DNA of 64,000 bases from a virus (lineage: Duplodnaviria > Heunggongvirae > Uroviricota > Caudoviricetes): the IMG/VR virus record IMGVR_UViG_3300029862_000001, positions 53,276-117,275 of that record. One strand, written 5' to 3'. The position numbers and the translations under genes were made by a program. This document shows positions 17,213 through 26,814 of this stretch, one piece after another. Position 1 is the first letter of the stretch. Every line of letters starts with the position of its first letter. The notes beneath the pieces were generated by a model. The model had not been told where the DNA came from. It did no database searches and saw only the letters and a program-made list of their open reading frames with translations.

Positions 17213-18226
17213 ATGCTTGATTTCAGGAAATACGAAAACGTACCTCGGTTTCAACTTGACCGCAGGCCCGGAAGGAGCCGACTGAAGCTAACCTGCCCGG
17301 CTTGCGGAAAAAGCCGGTGCCTCACTCCTTATATTGATGTGGCAACAGGTCAGGTTGTTGGAAACGAGTTCGGAAGATGCGATCATGAACGGACTTGCGG
17401 TTACGATAAACGACCTACTGGTAAGGATGTAGGCGACAAAGATCTTTGGATTTCGGGAAACAAGTGTATAAGAGCTTATCGTCCTCCTGTAAATCCTGAC
17501 GTTGTAAATTACATACCTTTTAGCGAGTTTGAGAGGACTGTAGTTCCAGACGATAGAAACACTGTATTTAGATTTTTATCGTCTCTATGGGGAAAAGAAA
17601 GGGTATCTGATGTGTTCAGAAGGTATCATGTCGGAACAATGGATTTATGGGGATGGAAAGGGTGTTGTATATTCTGGCAGATAGACAAAGAATTTGTATG
17701 TAGAACCGGCAAGATCATGGACTTTTATATAAAGACCGACAGCCAGGGGAATGAGATTGATGTAAAAAGAGTGAAAGAGAAAGACGGTGACAATGAGCGG
17801 TCTCATGTTATGTTTTATCACTCGTTGCATGCAAGAGACTTCTTGTTTAGGCAATGCTTGTTCGGAGAGCATCTTCTAAGCCAGTATCCGGATAAGGTGG
17901 TTAATCTGGTGGAATCAGAAAAGACGGCTATTATATGCGCTGTGAATAAACCAGATGAGTTATTTGTAGCTACCGGTGGGTTGCAGAATCTAAGGCCGGA
18001 AGTGATAGATGTTTTAAAAGATAGAAAGACCGTAGCTTTTCCGGACAAAGGACAAGCATTTGAGACATGGAGTAAAAAGATAGATGGGATGATGATGAAG
18101 TCAAGGATAAAAGTATCGGACTATCTTCAAAATGTTGAGAATGTAGGAGACGGAGATGATGTGGCAGATCTGATAATTAGTAACAAGGTAAAAGAAAAAT
18201 ATCATGAGCCTGGATGTTTATATTAA
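17213..18226 (+). CDS. putative DNA primase (N-terminal Cys4 zinc-binding region plus TOPRIM-like region)
   Basis: ATG at 17213 with RBS gagaggag (track start is TTG at 17207); CPACGKSRC...CDHERTC; conserved E in LVESEKTAIICAV and D-containing segments downstream. Confidence 0.45.
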   Translation: MLDFRKYENVPRFQLDRRPGRSRLKLTCPACGKSRCLTPYIDVATGQVVGNEFGRCDHERTCGYDKRPTGKDVGDKDLWISGNKCIRAYRPPVNPDVVNYIPFSEFERTVVPDDRNTVFRFLSSLWGKERVSDVFRRYHVGTMDLWGWKGCCIFWQIDKEFVCRTGKIMDFYIKTDSQGNEIDVKRVKEKDGDNERSHVMFYHSLHARDFLFRQCLFGEHLLSQYPDKVVNLVESEKTAIICAVNKPDELFVATGGLQNLRPEVIDVLKDRKTVAFPDKGQAFETWSKKIDGMMMKSRIKVSDYLQNVENVGDGDDVADLIISNKVKEKYHEPGCLY

Positions 18227-18437
18227 GAACAAGAAGAAAGAAGAGGATTGTAGATGGGTTGCAAACATCACCCACAACATGAACAAGATGGCACAAAGAA
18301 TATTCGTATCAAAAAATAAAGAAACGCTGTACGATTATGTTTGGAGACCAGAAGAATTGTATAGAGAAATATATACCAATGAGATGAAGAATGTACTTAC
18401 AAAAGGTATATGTATTATGATCTCCAAAGTCTTTTGA
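18204..18437 (+). CDS. hypothetical protein (77 aa)
   Basis: ATG overlapping the primase gene's end. Confidence 0.4.
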   Translation: MSLDVYIKNKKKEEDCRWVANITHNMNKMAQRIFVSKNKETLYDYVWRPEELYREIYTNEMKNVLTKGICIMISKVF

Positions 18438-18552
18438 GATACGAGCCGGAAAACGGATGGGGGGTCTTATGATTCATTTCTTAAGTTTCTTATCGAATAT
18501 AAAGAGGCGTGTGAAGATCATCCGGGTTATATAATTAAAGCAAGTAGATAAT

Positions 18553-18810
18553 ATGGAAAATTATAAAAACACTTTAAATGAGGTAGTGGTGATCGAATCA
18601 TCACCAGAAACGTATTTTGTTTACGCTATTCGTAATGCTATTCGTATCTCTAAATGTGCGTATCCGACAGCCAAGAAAGTAATTTTCAAAAGAGAGGACG
18701 TAGAGGTAGAGATTTCGGAAATGGAAACTGAGAGCAGTTTGTATGAAAAGTTTAAAGAAAAACAAAAGAATAGGGTATGGAACTTAATGAGCACCAACAA
18801 CGGGTTTTAA
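18553..18810 (+). CDS. hypothetical protein (85 aa)
   Basis: ATG start. Confidence 0.45.
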   Translation: MENYKNTLNEVVVIESSPETYFVYAIRNAIRISKCAYPTAKKVIFKREDVEVEISEMETESSLYEKFKEKQKNRVWNLMSTNNGF

Positions 18811-19343
18811 GAGGCGAAATTTGTCCTTATTGTGGAAGAGAAACCGAGTTGGTCAATGCCGATAAAATATATAGCAGAAAAGGCTTAGGGATGGTTATGA
18901 TGTGTAAACCATGCAATGCTTATGTCGGTGTTCATGAATCAGGGCCGAATAAGGGAAAAGCTAAAGGCCGGCTTGCGGGGCCATCACTGAGGTCTCTTAA
19001 GATAAGAGTCCATGCCGAACTTGATAGACTATGGTCTACGCCGGAGGAACGGAAAAGGATGTATAAAGATTTATCTGAATTTCTCTCTATACCGGAAGAG
19101 TACACACATATAGGTATGTTTGGCGAGAAGACGATGGGAAAAGTCTTTCAGTTCTGTCATGTAAACAAAGAACGATCAGGTTCGAGAATAGAATGGCATA
19201 AACCTGGAGATAAGTGCCCTAATAAAAACAATCAAATAGTGTCAGGCAGTAGCGCATGTAGAGGATGTCCTGAGTATCTTCATGATGAGAAAGACGGGTA
19301 TGTCTGGTGTGATCCTGATATGAGCTACGGCAGGTTGAAATAG
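18777..19343 (+). CDS. hypothetical Cys-rich zinc-finger protein
   Basis: CPYCG...CKPCNAY...CRGC motifs. Confidence 0.5.
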   Translation: MELNEHQQRVLRGEICPYCGRETELVNADKIYSRKGLGMVMMCKPCNAYVGVHESGPNKGKAKGRLAGPSLRSLKIRVHAELDRLWSTPEERKRMYKDLSEFLSIPEEYTHIGMFGEKTMGKVFQFCHVNKERSGSRIEWHKPGDKCPNKNNQIVSGSSACRGCPEYLHDEKDGYVWCDPDMSYGRLK

Positions 19344-19395
19344 GGCGTGAATTGCCTATCTTTGTGCTATTATTAATCAAAAAAAATATAAGCAC

Positions 19396-19674
19396 ATGGG
19401 TAGATCGACAGAGTACTACAGGACTCATCCCGAAGCCAGGAAGAAAAAGGCTAAAAAGGACAAGGAGATAAATGCCAGACCGGAACAGAAAGCCAAACGC
19501 CGAGAGCTTGGTCGTAAAAACTACGAAACGGACAAGAAGAAGGGTAAGGGCTGGAGAAAAGGAAAGGATTGTTCTCATACCAAGAACGGTCTTAGGTATA
19601 AATCAGTAAAAGCTAATAGGGGATCCAAATCGGATACGAAAGGTGACAAAAATGCAAGAGGAGATAGCAAATAG
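19396..19674 (+). CDS. extremely basic K/R-rich small protein (92 aa)
   Basis: ~40% Lys+Arg; overlaps the helicase start by ~20 nt in another frame. Confidence 0.4.
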   Translation: MGRSTEYYRTHPEARKKKAKKDKEINARPEQKAKRRELGRKNYETDKKKGKGWRKGKDCSHTKNGLRYKSVKANRGSKSDTKGDKNARGDSK

Positions 19675-20776
19675 GATAGATATAAGAAGGATATTCAAGA
19701 CCTCTAAACAGGTTATGGAAGAGGCGTATGAGAATATCTTGAAATACAGGCGGGGAGAGCTTATCCCCGCTAAAACCGGATACGATTATATTGATGAGGC
19801 TTTGCTTGGAGGTATTTTTCCTCAGCACGCTATTGCCATAGGAGCCCGGCCATCTGTAGGTAAATCGTATGTGGCCCAAAAGATATTGGAAAATGTGATG
19901 AATCCGATGATCAACCCGCAAGCAGAAGATTATTTTCTTGTTAATTGCGAGTTCGAAATGAATCCTCAAGATCTTCTTCTTCGCAGAATGAGCCAGGATA
20001 TGAAAAAGCGAGCTCCTGAAATATTAAGAAGGCAAGATTCTAATACAGTAGAAGAGATGAGGATGTTTGAAATCCTTCAAGGTGAAATTAGGAATAATAT
20101 AATATACATCGATGCTCCGTGTACGGTAAAAGAGTTTGAGGCGGCTGTGTATCATATAGCTACCAAACACAAAGACAAACGTCTTATAATATTTAAAGTC
20201 GATCATATTGCTTTGATAAAAAGAATGGGGTTAGATCCTAAGTCGGCTATAGATGATTTGGTGGCGGTTATGAACGAAGCTAAATTAGTATATAAAAACA
20301 TATTTTTCCTCATCATATCCCAATTCAACAGAGAGATAGAAGGAAGGATAAAAAGCCCACAAGAGCAGCCTCCGCGTCTTTCTGATTTTTACCAGTCTGA
20401 TACGCTGGGTCAGTTATGTACGTTAATGATAGGTTTGCACAATCCTCGTAGGTACGGGCTGGATAAGTATATGATATTTGGGAAAGACTGGTATCAGACT
20501 CTTGATAGGTTTAAAACTGAAAACAAAACATCATTCAGGACAGCCGGACTGGTGTTTCATCATATACTGAAGGTAAGACAGGTTAGTATGGAAGAGCTTA
20601 CTAATACAATCCACCCAGAGATACTGCCGGGACATGGATGGATGTACGGGGAGGGCGGGACGAAGTTCGTGAACCCCAACCAGCCGCCGACGCCGCCTAA
20701 GCTCTATACTGTGGAAGACGTTACGGACAATCAGGAACAAGAACAAGAGACAAAAGAAGAACAGTCATTGTATTAA
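19652..20776 (+). CDS. DnaB-like / RecA-fold replicative helicase (C-terminal ATPase domain)
   Basis: Walker A GARPSVGKS, Walker B LIIFKVDHIAL; ATG at 19652 (track GTG start at 19643). Confidence 0.6.
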   Translation: MQEEIANRIDIRRIFKTSKQVMEEAYENILKYRRGELIPAKTGYDYIDEALLGGIFPQHAIAIGARPSVGKSYVAQKILENVMNPMINPQAEDYFLVNCEFEMNPQDLLLRRMSQDMKKRAPEILRRQDSNTVEEMRMFEILQGEIRNNIIYIDAPCTVKEFEAAVYHIATKHKDKRLIIFKVDHIALIKRMGLDPKSAIDDLVAVMNEAKLVYKNIFFLIISQFNREIEGRIKSPQEQPPRLSDFYQSDTLGQLCTLMIGLHNPRRYGLDKYMIFGKDWYQTLDRFKTENKTSFRTAGLVFHHILKVRQVSMEELTNTIHPEILPGHGWMYGEGGTKFVNPNQPPTPPKLYTVEDVTDNQEQEQETKEEQSLY

Positions 20777-20791
20777 AAAAAAATAAGAACC

Positions 20792-21394
20792 ATGAGACTA
20801 ACAGTAGAAGAAAACGAATACCTGATAAGTAAGTTCCTTTTGGTTCTTACTGAGTTTGCAGGAGATGAAAGAGAGATGTTTTTAATCAACTCCATACATG
20901 ATAAGGCGGTGGCGGATATGAATTATCGTCTTCCGTCTTTAATAAGCAGAGAACGTAAAAGACGAGTTATTGAACTCCTTAAAGAAGGAACCAGAATAAT
21001 CAAGGACTTTTCCGGCTATGCAGGTGATATGGGTATGATTAACGAATACGATCGCCTAAAGAAAGAAATAGGAACCGTCCAAGACCAGCTTGGTGACGTA
21101 GAAGGTCAACTTCGGGCAGCAGGAGAAGTTATTAAAAAAGAACTTGATATGATTGCTGACCGAATCAAAGAAGACCTCCTCGACCGGGAGCTGGCTAAAA
21201 GTAATGCCGAGGCTGAAAGAAAAGCCAAAGTAGATCCGAGATACGAAGTAGCTTTAGGTGATTACAAGGAGATGCTGGAAGTGATTTTTACAACCAGAAA
21301 CAAGTACTCTACGGTAGATTCTGTACATGACGATCTTAGACAGTCGGTATCTACCGGTAGAAATTCGATTATTAAAGAAGGGTACAACAGTTAA
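20792..21394 (+). CDS. hypothetical coiled-coil protein (200 aa)
   Basis: ATG start. Confidence 0.5.
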   Translation: MRLTVEENEYLISKFLLVLTEFAGDEREMFLINSIHDKAVADMNYRLPSLISRERKRRVIELLKEGTRIIKDFSGYAGDMGMINEYDRLKKEIGTVQDQLGDVEGQLRAAGEVIKKELDMIADRIKEDLLDRELAKSNAEAERKAKVDPRYEVALGDYKEMLEVIFTTRNKYSTVDSVHDDLRQSVSTGRNSIIKEGYNS

Positions 21395-21410
21395 AAAACA
21401 AGGAGGGAAT

Positions 21411-21608
21411 ATGGAAAAGAAGGAATTTAAAGTAGGAGAAGTGTTTGATGCCGGACTTGTAAGATTAAAATGCGTGGAAAATGATACATGCGATGGATGT
21501 ATATTTGAAGATTGTATGTCATGTTCATTTAGAGATGGGACTATTGGTCCATGCGATTGTGCAGAAAGAGAAGACAAAAAGAATGTTATTTTCATTAAAG
21601 CTGATTAG
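21411..21608 (+). CDS. hypothetical Cys-rich protein (65 aa)
   Basis: ATG with RBS aacaaggaggg (track start at 21327 overlaps the upstream gene); CDGC...CMSC...CDC. Confidence 0.45.
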   Translation: MEKKEFKVGEVFDAGLVRLKCVENDTCDGCIFEDCMSCSFRDGTIGPCDCAEREDKKNVIFIKAD

Positions 21609-21610
21609 GC

Positions 21611-22324
21611 ATGTACATCAATTTCAGACAACTTGCAGCATCAGACATGACTCCTAATGATCTTGCTAATCTTCTTGCCATAAGACAGAAGGATTCGGTT
21701 ATGATCGAAGCCATGCCGAAAGAAGATGCTGGGAGGTATATAGAGCTTGGCCTGGTTGAGAAATTAAAATCAGGTGTGATGAGATTAACCAACAAAGGAA
21801 CGTCTTTTGTGAATTATATAGAGACACCGGAAATGGCAGACGAGGTTCTGGAAACGTTGAAGATTATGATAGGAATGTACGAATCATATTCAAAAGACAT
21901 AGGTGTCAGTAGAAAAGAAGCGGAATCCAGATTGTGTTGGTTTATGGGTAACACCTCATTCAAGAAAGAGGTCATACTTCAGGTAACGGAATCTTATATA
22001 GCAGAGTCAGGAGATTATACAATGAGCTTATGTAACTTCATATGGAAACCGCCTTCTCAGGCTTTTTCAGTCCATATGAACCTCAAAAACTCAAAGCTCT
22101 TTGACTTAATAGCTGAAAAATTCAAGATCGCTACCGAGCCTTATTTGGAGTCTAAGAAGAATAAGGAAATGGATTGGTTGTTTGCCGTATCTAAATTGCC
22201 TACGCCGCCGGCTAAAGGCAATCCGGATTATTTGTTTACCGGAAGTTCTGAAACAGACAAAGAGCGATTGAAAAACATAAAAACGTATTTATTTAACAAA
22301 ATTAGAAAGCAATGGAAAAAGTAA
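21611..22324 (+). CDS. hypothetical protein (237 aa)
   Basis: ATG start. Confidence 0.55.
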   Translation: MYINFRQLAASDMTPNDLANLLAIRQKDSVMIEAMPKEDAGRYIELGLVEKLKSGVMRLTNKGTSFVNYIETPEMADEVLETLKIMIGMYESYSKDIGVSRKEAESRLCWFMGNTSFKKEVILQVTESYIAESGDYTMSLCNFIWKPPSQAFSVHMNLKNSKLFDLIAEKFKIATEPYLESKKNKEMDWLFAVSKLPTPPAKGNPDYLFTGSSETDKERLKNIKTYLFNKIRKQWKK

Positions 22325-22563
22325 GAATCAGAAAGATAATAGAGGATATAATTATTACTCAGTTTCTTAATTCGGAAATAGATATAGTTCATGAAGAAGA
22401 TGTGACGTTTAAAGAACTTGGATTAGATTCTGTTGATCGGATTGAGCTTGATGTGATGGTGGAACAAAAATTCAATATTGTTATTATTGATTATGATATG
22501 GAGACCATCAAAGATATGACTGATCTTGTTTACAAAATAATAACAGAAGGGTATGGGAAGTGA
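22312..22563 (+). CDS. acyl carrier protein-like (83 aa)
   Basis: Classic ACP phosphopantetheine-site motif FKELGLDSVDRIELDVMVEQKF (GxDSL...E). Confidence 0.55.
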   Translation: MEKVRIRKIIEDIIITQFLNSEIDIVHEEDVTFKELGLDSVDRIELDVMVEQKFNIVIIDYDMETIKDMTDLVYKIITEGYGK

Positions 22564-23047
22564 CATAATTTTATGCATGGCTTTAATAGCGTCATTTGCT
22601 TTTGTTATACAGTTTTTGTTGTCGATATTAGGATCTGATCTGGATACGGATATTGACATTGACAGTGCTTCTGATTTAAGTATGTCTTTGTCGGACATCA
22701 TATCATTCAAGGGCATAACACATTTCATCCTTGGATATAGCTGGACTACCTACTTTTCGGGTTCTCATTTAGTAGGGGTTGTGATAGGGTCGTTTTTCTT
22801 TATCGTTTTGTTTTACGTATATAAGTTACTTCTTAAGTTAAAACAAGAAATGGTGTACGAATGTCCAGAAGATTTAAACGGAAGAGAAGTTGAGATAGTA
22901 TTTAGATCAGGAAAGAACCATTATATGGTAAATATTGTGAAAAACGGGAGACAGGAACAGATGAGAGTAAGGTGCTTGTCTGGAAAAACCTACAAAAACG
23001 GCGACAAGGCGAATATAAAATATGAAGAAGGAGAATTAAGTATCTAA
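22553..23047 (+). CDS. NfeD-like membrane protein (short YqiJ/YuaF type)
   Basis: Two N-terminal hydrophobic segments plus a C-terminal beta-rich ~70 aa, immediately upstream of the flotillin gene (the conserved NfeD-SPFH operon arrangement). Confidence 0.45.
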   Translation: MGSDIILCMALIASFAFVIQFLLSILGSDLDTDIDIDSASDLSMSLSDIISFKGITHFILGYSWTTYFSGSHLVGVVIGSFFFIVLFYVYKLLLKLKQEMVYECPEDLNGREVEIVFRSGKNHYMVNIVKNGRQEQMRVRCLSGKTYKNGDKANIKYEEGELSI

Positions 23048-23078
23048 TTTTTTTATCAACAATTAAATTTTAAAAGTT

Positions 23079-24779
23079 ATGACAACAATCATGTACGTGT
23101 CAGCTATCTTAGCTGTAGTGATTATTTTGACAATCATCGGAGTCTTATCAAGGTATCGTAGATGTAAGCCTAATCAGGTCTTGGTCGTTTATGGTAAGAC
23201 AGGTGGGGAAAAGAAATCGGCGAAATTATATCATGGTGGAGCAGCATTCGTGTTGCCTATTATCCAAAGCTATGATATTTTATCTATGGAGCCTATGCAA
23301 ATAGATTGTAGGCTTACTGGTGCTTTGTCATCTCAGAATATTAGAGTAGATGTGCCTACAACTATTACAGTAGCTATCAGTACAAATCCTGAAATCATGC
23401 AAAATGCAGCAGAAAGACTTTTGGGGATGGATACCGAATCTACTGAAAATCTTATTACAGACATCGTTTACGGTCAGATGCGTTTGATTATTGCCGAAAT
23501 GACAATCGAAAAACTTAATTCTGATAGGGATGAGTTTTTGGATAAGGCAAGAAAAAACATTGATAACGAACTTAATAAATTGGGTCTTTATCTTTTGAAC
23601 ATTAACATCAGTGACATCAGAGATGAAGCCGGCTACATCATGAATCTTGGTAAAGAGGCTGAAAGCAAGGCTCTGAACGAAGCACAGGCTAATATCGAAG
23701 AACAGGAAAAGCTGGGTGCTATTAAGATTGCTGTACAGCAGAAGGAAAAAGAAACGGCTGTAGCTAATACCCAAAAAGAGCAAGAGATTCAAATTGCCTA
23801 TACTGAAAAAGAAAAAGAAACGGTAGTAGCTGAAACAAAGAAAGAAAAAGAAGTAGCTTTGGCTTTAACCGATAAAGAAAAACAGATCGGTGTAGCTCAA
23901 GCCGATAGAGATAGGGCTGCGGCTATAGCAAAGACTTTGGCTGACAAGGAATCAGCGATCGCAAGATCTAAGGCGGAACTTGAAGTAAACAAAGCTGAAG
24001 CCGAAAGAATGGAAGAAGTTGGGAAGAATAAAGCTGAAGCTGACAAACAAGCAGCTATAGCAATACAAGACTCTGAAGCTCAGATTAAGAAAGCTGAAGC
24101 TGAGAAAAATGCTTCTGTAGGCTACAACAATGCCCAGAAAGAGGTTGCTGTATCAGAATCAGAATTGCAGGTTATCAAAGCTCAATCAGAAAAGAAAGCC
24201 GGGGAAGAGAAAGTTAAATCGGAAGCGGCTGTGAAAACGGCAAAAGAGCTTGCTGATAAAGAAGTGGAAGAAGCTAAAGCTAAGAAGGTTCAAGCTGCGC
24301 TTAAAGCTGAAAAGATTGTGCCGGCTGAAACCCAGAAGGAAGAGGCTATCTTGCAAGCTGATGCTGAAGCTGAGAAGATCAAACGCCGGGCCGATGCTGA
24401 AGCAGCAGCACATTTGGCAAAAGCAGAGGCGGAAGCAAAAGCTATTCAGATGAAGCTGGAAGCGGAAGCCGAAGGTAAGAAAAAGTCGTTGATGGCAGAA
24501 GCCGACGGATTTAAGGCTATGGTGGAAGCAGCAGAATCCAATCCTCAGATTGCTATCCAGTACAAGATGGTTAATCAATGGAAAGAAATTGCTGGAGAAC
24601 AGGTTAAGGCGTTCGAGCACATCAATCTCGGAAATATCACGGTATTTGACGGTGGTCAAAACAGCACCGGTAATTTCCTTAACAATGTTGTTAAGACCGT
24701 TGCTCCAGCGCTGGGAGTCATTGATCAGCTTCCGATTGCAGATACTTTAAAGAAGTTAAAAGGAGATGACAAAAAATAA
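23079..24779 (+). CDS. flotillin-like SPFH/band-7 domain protein (YqiK/FloA type) with long Ala/Glu/Lys coiled coil
   Basis: N-terminal TM helix; SPFH-like segment VLVVYGKTGG...AAFVLPIIQSYDILSMEPMQIDC...ITVAIS; ~250 aa of EA/KE repeats. Confidence 0.6.
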   Translation: MTTIMYVSAILAVVIILTIIGVLSRYRRCKPNQVLVVYGKTGGEKKSAKLYHGGAAFVLPIIQSYDILSMEPMQIDCRLTGALSSQNIRVDVPTTITVAISTNPEIMQNAAERLLGMDTESTENLITDIVYGQMRLIIAEMTIEKLNSDRDEFLDKARKNIDNELNKLGLYLLNINISDIRDEAGYIMNLGKEAESKALNEAQANIEEQEKLGAIKIAVQQKEKETAVANTQKEQEIQIAYTEKEKETVVAETKKEKEVALALTDKEKQIGVAQADRDRAAAIAKTLADKESAIARSKAELEVNKAEAERMEEVGKNKAEADKQAAIAIQDSEAQIKKAEAEKNASVGYNNAQKEVAVSESELQVIKAQSEKKAGEEKVKSEAAVKTAKELADKEVEEAKAKKVQAALKAEKIVPAETQKEEAILQADAEAEKIKRRADAEAAAHLAKAEAEAKAIQMKLEAEAEGKKKSLMAEADGFKAMVEAAESNPQIAIQYKMVNQWKEIAGEQVKAFEHINLGNITVFDGGQNSTGNFLNNVVKTVAPALGVIDQLPIADTLKKLKGDDKK

Positions 24780-24786
24780 ATACAAT

Positions 24787-24808
24787 GGCCCAAGGTTACA
24801 CTTGGGCC
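24787..24808 (+). terminator. 8-bp GC hairpin ggcccaag-gttaca-cttgggcc just after the flotillin stop
   Basis: Seen in sequence; the downstream T-run is weak. Confidence 0.35.
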
Positions 24809-24996
24809 TAATTGAAGAAATAAAAGCAGCATTTATAGATTTTATTCCAGCAGGAATAGTGATTTTTAGTGCTTTATTGATTAATATGTTTTTAATATGG
24901 ATTTTGGACAAGATTTAGAACCAGAAGAACTGACAGGACATTATGATCAGTGTTATGGAATTGATTTTGAAACAGAAGAAGAGGAGGATGAAGAAT

Positions 24997-25302
24997 ATGA
25001 CTGACGAAGAATTTGCATTGGATAATAAGAAAAAGGTTGTTGTAAGAAAAAGAATATCTTATTTAAGCAAAGGGGATAAAGTGTGGATCGTCTCGTCCGA
25101 CGGCTACCTGCTACACACGGACGTCGTTCGGCGGGACCGGGGCCGATCTTATGTGGATATAGACGGGATACTGTATTGGAAACGAGGATTGGATGGCAAA
25201 CATCGTAATCGTAATAACTACATACAATTCGCCATGACGCCGGAGGATGGCAAGAAATATGTTGTATATTACCCAGAAGGATTTAAAGACGATAGCTTAT
25301 GA
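24997..25302 (+). CDS. hypothetical protein (101 aa)
   Basis: ATG at 24997 with RBS gaggaggatgaagaatATG (track start is 24943); contains a GC-rich codon island at 25080-25160. Confidence 0.45.
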   Translation: MTDEEFALDNKKKVVVRKRISYLSKGDKVWIVSSDGYLLHTDVVRRDRGRSYVDIDGILYWKRGLDGKHRNRNNYIQFAMTPEDGKKYVVYYPEGFKDDSL

Positions 25303-26318
25303 TGGTCCCGGAAACGCATTTGCTATATAAGGAGTTTAATGGTGTGAAACGTCTTGCCATTTCTTATTCCCAGATAGATACGTTTCTTACTTGTCCAATG
25401 AAATGGTATAAGACTTACGTAGAGGGCAAAAGGTCTACAGAAAAACAAGAAGCTACGTCTTATGGTACGGTTATTCATAAGACACTGGAATACTTCTTCA
25501 AGAACGGAAGGCAGCCTTCTGGCAAAGACCTTGGAGAAGCAATAAGTTACTATGCTTACCAAGAAGACATACCTTGGCAATCACCGGAAAATATGATGAT
25601 AGCCATGAAACAATCTGGGGAGCTTCTTGCTTGGATTGTGGATCTGTTTAAAAAAGACGGCAATAGGTTTATGATAGTTGATAGTGATCTTAATCCTTGT
25701 GAGAAACTTATCAGACACGGCGCTATAGTTGGAGTCGAAGAAGATTTTGTGCTGCCGTACCGCCTTCCTAAGCCAGTTGACATAAATGGGGTAATTCATA
25801 CCCATGTGTACATAGTAGGATCAGTAGACCTTCATCTGGCTATAAAGAGCAAGAACGTAATTCACCATTATGTCATAGATTGGAAATCAGGGAATAAGGT
25901 TTTTGATTCTAAGAAGTTGGAAACGAATTTACAGCATCCTATATATTCGTTTTACATCTATAGAAAATATGGTGGGGTTCTACCAGATATGAACATCTAT
26001 TTCTTTACCAGAACCAGGCAGTACCAAAAGGTTAAGGTGGATGAGGAACGTAAAACAAAATCTATAGAGATGCTAAATGACACTTTATCTAAAATGTATG
26101 ATTTTGAAGATAATAGTGTAAAATCATTTCAAGCGTACATCCAGGGAGCAGAAGGAGCCAGATATAGCAAGCGGCGTGCCACCCTAAGCCAGTCTGTTTC
26201 GCAAAACAAGCTACCCTGCCCGTCGGCACTGTGTTATTATTGTGACTTTGGATTACATAACAAAAACGAATGCCCTTTCTCTTCAGATTGGGATCCGTCT
26301 AAAAAGATAAATCGATGA
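25299..26318 (+). CDS. Cas4-like/RecB-family PD-(D/E)XK nuclease with Cys cluster
   Basis: Motifs VGVEEDF...YVIDWKSGNK (D/ExK) and Cys at LTCPMKW plus C-terminal CPSALCYYC...ECPF, consistent with a 4Cys Fe-S nuclease. Confidence 0.55.
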   Translation: MMVPETHLLYKEFNGVKRLAISYSQIDTFLTCPMKWYKTYVEGKRSTEKQEATSYGTVIHKTLEYFFKNGRQPSGKDLGEAISYYAYQEDIPWQSPENMMIAMKQSGELLAWIVDLFKKDGNRFMIVDSDLNPCEKLIRHGAIVGVEEDFVLPYRLPKPVDINGVIHTHVYIVGSVDLHLAIKSKNVIHHYVIDWKSGNKVFDSKKLETNLQHPIYSFYIYRKYGGVLPDMNIYFFTRTRQYQKVKVDEERKTKSIEMLNDTLSKMYDFEDNSVKSFQAYIQGAEGARYSKRRATLSQSVSQNKLPCPSALCYYCDFGLHNKNECPFSSDWDPSKKINR

Positions 26319-26487
26319 AATACGAGGACGTTCAAAAGTTAAGAACAAAATACCGGCAAGATCCGGAAGTCATATATCTTGAAGAGATGAGGAGCGTGGC
26401 GGTACGGTGCGGAAATTTTAAAAAGGCGTTTGAGTTCCAGGAGAAACTTGAGGCTATTTGGTTTAACTACTTAAAGGGAGTGCAATG
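26315..26487 (+). CDS. small hypothetical protein (57 aa)
   Basis: ATGA overlap with the upstream stop; fills an otherwise empty 167-bp gap. Confidence 0.35.
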
Positions 26488-26808
26488 AAAGAAGATCTAA
26501 TATGTGGAGTAGCGATCCTTTTGTATTTAGTTTTATTATACTTGCTCACGACAATTTTCATAAAAACAGGTGAAGCAGTAGATCGTTATAAGATGAAGAA
26601 GAAAACTGACAAAATCAAAGTAGGTCAAAGATACGAACATAAGAACTACTTTGAGGATCCATTTGAAAGAGGCAAGCATGTGATTAAGATATTAGACATA
26701 AAAGAAGGGTACGCTCTATATGAGTACGAAGAAAAACTATATATACGTTCTTCTGAGAGTCTTGAATATATTGTTAAAAAATATATTTTAATTACTGATA
26801 TAAAATAA
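26485..26808 (+). CDS. hypothetical protein with N-terminal TM helix
   Basis: ATG with RBS aagggagtgcaATG. Confidence 0.5.
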   Translation: MKEDLICGVAILLYLVLLYLLTTIFIKTGEAVDRYKMKKKTDKIKVGQRYEHKNYFEDPFERGKHVIKILDIKEGYALYEYEEKLYIRSSESLEYIVKKYILITDIK

Positions 26809-26814
26809 GGGGTC

